From Oopsacas minuta (lineage: Eukaryota > Animalia > Porifera), in assembly GCA_024704765.1 (NCBI GenBank), contig JAKMXF010000179.1:1-8062 (forward strand): a stretch of 8,062 nt of DNA. Reading direction: 5' to 3'. Every line of letters begins with the position of its first letter. The stretch's first letter is position 1. Under the pieces are notes generated by a model that saw only the letters and a list, made by a program, of their open reading frames with translations, was not told the origin of the DNA and did no database searches. Positions 7,583 through 8,062 of this stretch are shown here, one piece after another. The translations under genes were made by a program, and so were the position numbers.

Positions 7583-7603
7583 CCCGGCCCCGGTCGATCC
7601 CTA
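7583..7603 (-). repeat. hAT terminal inverted repeat (5' end relative to the transposase)
   Basis: 7590-7603 is the exact reverse complement of 5126-5139. cccggccccggtc (7583-7595) is also a direct copy of 5143-5155. Confidence 0.9.
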
Positions 7604-7662
7604 GTAGTGAGTATGAAATTTCTTAATCAGTTTTACTTTTACTGCCATAATTATCGTAGTTA

Positions 7663-7736
7663 TAGTAAAACCTCGCTATTCGGAACCTTTTGCCCCTATT
7701 CGAATTATCAAAGTTCGGATTAGAGAGTGTCTACTG
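7663..7736. mobile_element. Putative 74-bp Tc1/mariner/pogo-type mini-MITE with TA flanks
   Basis: TA(7661-7662)|tagtaaaacctcgctattcggaac ... gttcggattagagagtgtctactg|TA(7737-7738). The 24-bp arms match at 17/24. The right end reads CAGT on the minus strand, the pogo/Tigger-type terminus, and the left end differs by one C>T. Confidence 0.5.
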
Positions 7737-7796
7737 TACTTGTATGTGGATTTTCCTCACAAATATGTACATACATTTTACGATTACAACCCTTAA

Positions 7797-7946
7797 TTAA
7801 CAAATTCCGGCCGAAGTGTTACGATCGTAGTGGAAAGGAACACAAAATTTTCCCGCTCCGTTATAAGCGATTATCACAACAAAAACGAGATTTTAACACA
7901 TTTTTGACGTCACAAAATCACACATTTCCCGGCCGTATTTAGTTAA
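7797..7946. mobile_element. Possible 150-bp non-autonomous element with gapped inverted ends and TTAA at both termini
   Basis: Left end ttaacaaattccggccgaagtgt; right end reverse-complemented ttaactaaatacggccgggaaatgtgt. Both carry CGGCCG about 10 nt inside a TTAA. The alignment needs gaps. Confidence 0.3.
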
Positions 7947-8062
7947 TCTATTTTGGTTAGTTGCATTTCTCTCTGATTTGTCTAGTTTGTATAATTTGAT
8001 TCCTTGTATGATCTTATATATATTTGAATAATATGAATTGTATAGCAATAATAATGGCTACA

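Larger units (their letters stand above)
5126..7603 (-). mobile_element. Full-length (2478 bp) but inactivated hAT DNA transposon, ZBED1/ZBED4-like
   Basis: Perfect 14-bp TIRs tagggatcgaccgg (5126-5139) and ccggtcgatcccta (7590-7603) bracket a single hAT transposase pseudogene. The TAGGG end fits the hAT YAGNG consensus. No 8-bp TSD is present. Confidence 0.92.

Noticed and set aside
7727-7942. 71-aa ORF near the window end
   Set aside because: It starts at GTG, has no motif, and overlaps two candidate MITE-like repeats.

Overview
AT-rich eukaryotic DNA with no intact protein-coding gene. It is a cluster of decayed genes and transposable elements. The host is probably an invertebrate: the first gene resembles, from memory and not from a search, the expanded intronless NHL family of sponges such as the glass sponge Oopsacas. 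In order: (1) an intronless coiled-coil plus six-bladed NHL beta-propeller pseudogene (1-1206, +); (2) a 23-bp palindrome with P-superfamily-type ends, flanked by a 7-bp direct repeat (1964-1986); (3) a CR1/L2-type non-LTR reverse transcriptase remnant (~2070-3160, +), inside which a 17-unit 19-bp minisatellite has grown out of the RT's own codons, plus a 36-bp in-frame duplication; (4) small hairpin and inverted-repeat motifs (3213-3413); (5) a decayed USP/peptidase C19-like fragment (~3645-4200, -); (6) the C-terminal remnant of a ZMYM1/PRKRIR-type hAT transposase (4304-4781, +); (7) a full-length 2478-bp hAT element (5126-7603) with perfect 14-bp TIRs, no target-site duplication, and a BED-DDE-hATC transposase carrying about 7 disabling lesions; (8) two candidate tiny MITEs (7663-7736, 7797-7946). 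I see no convincing novel multi-gene system. The interesting signals are small-scale element structures.
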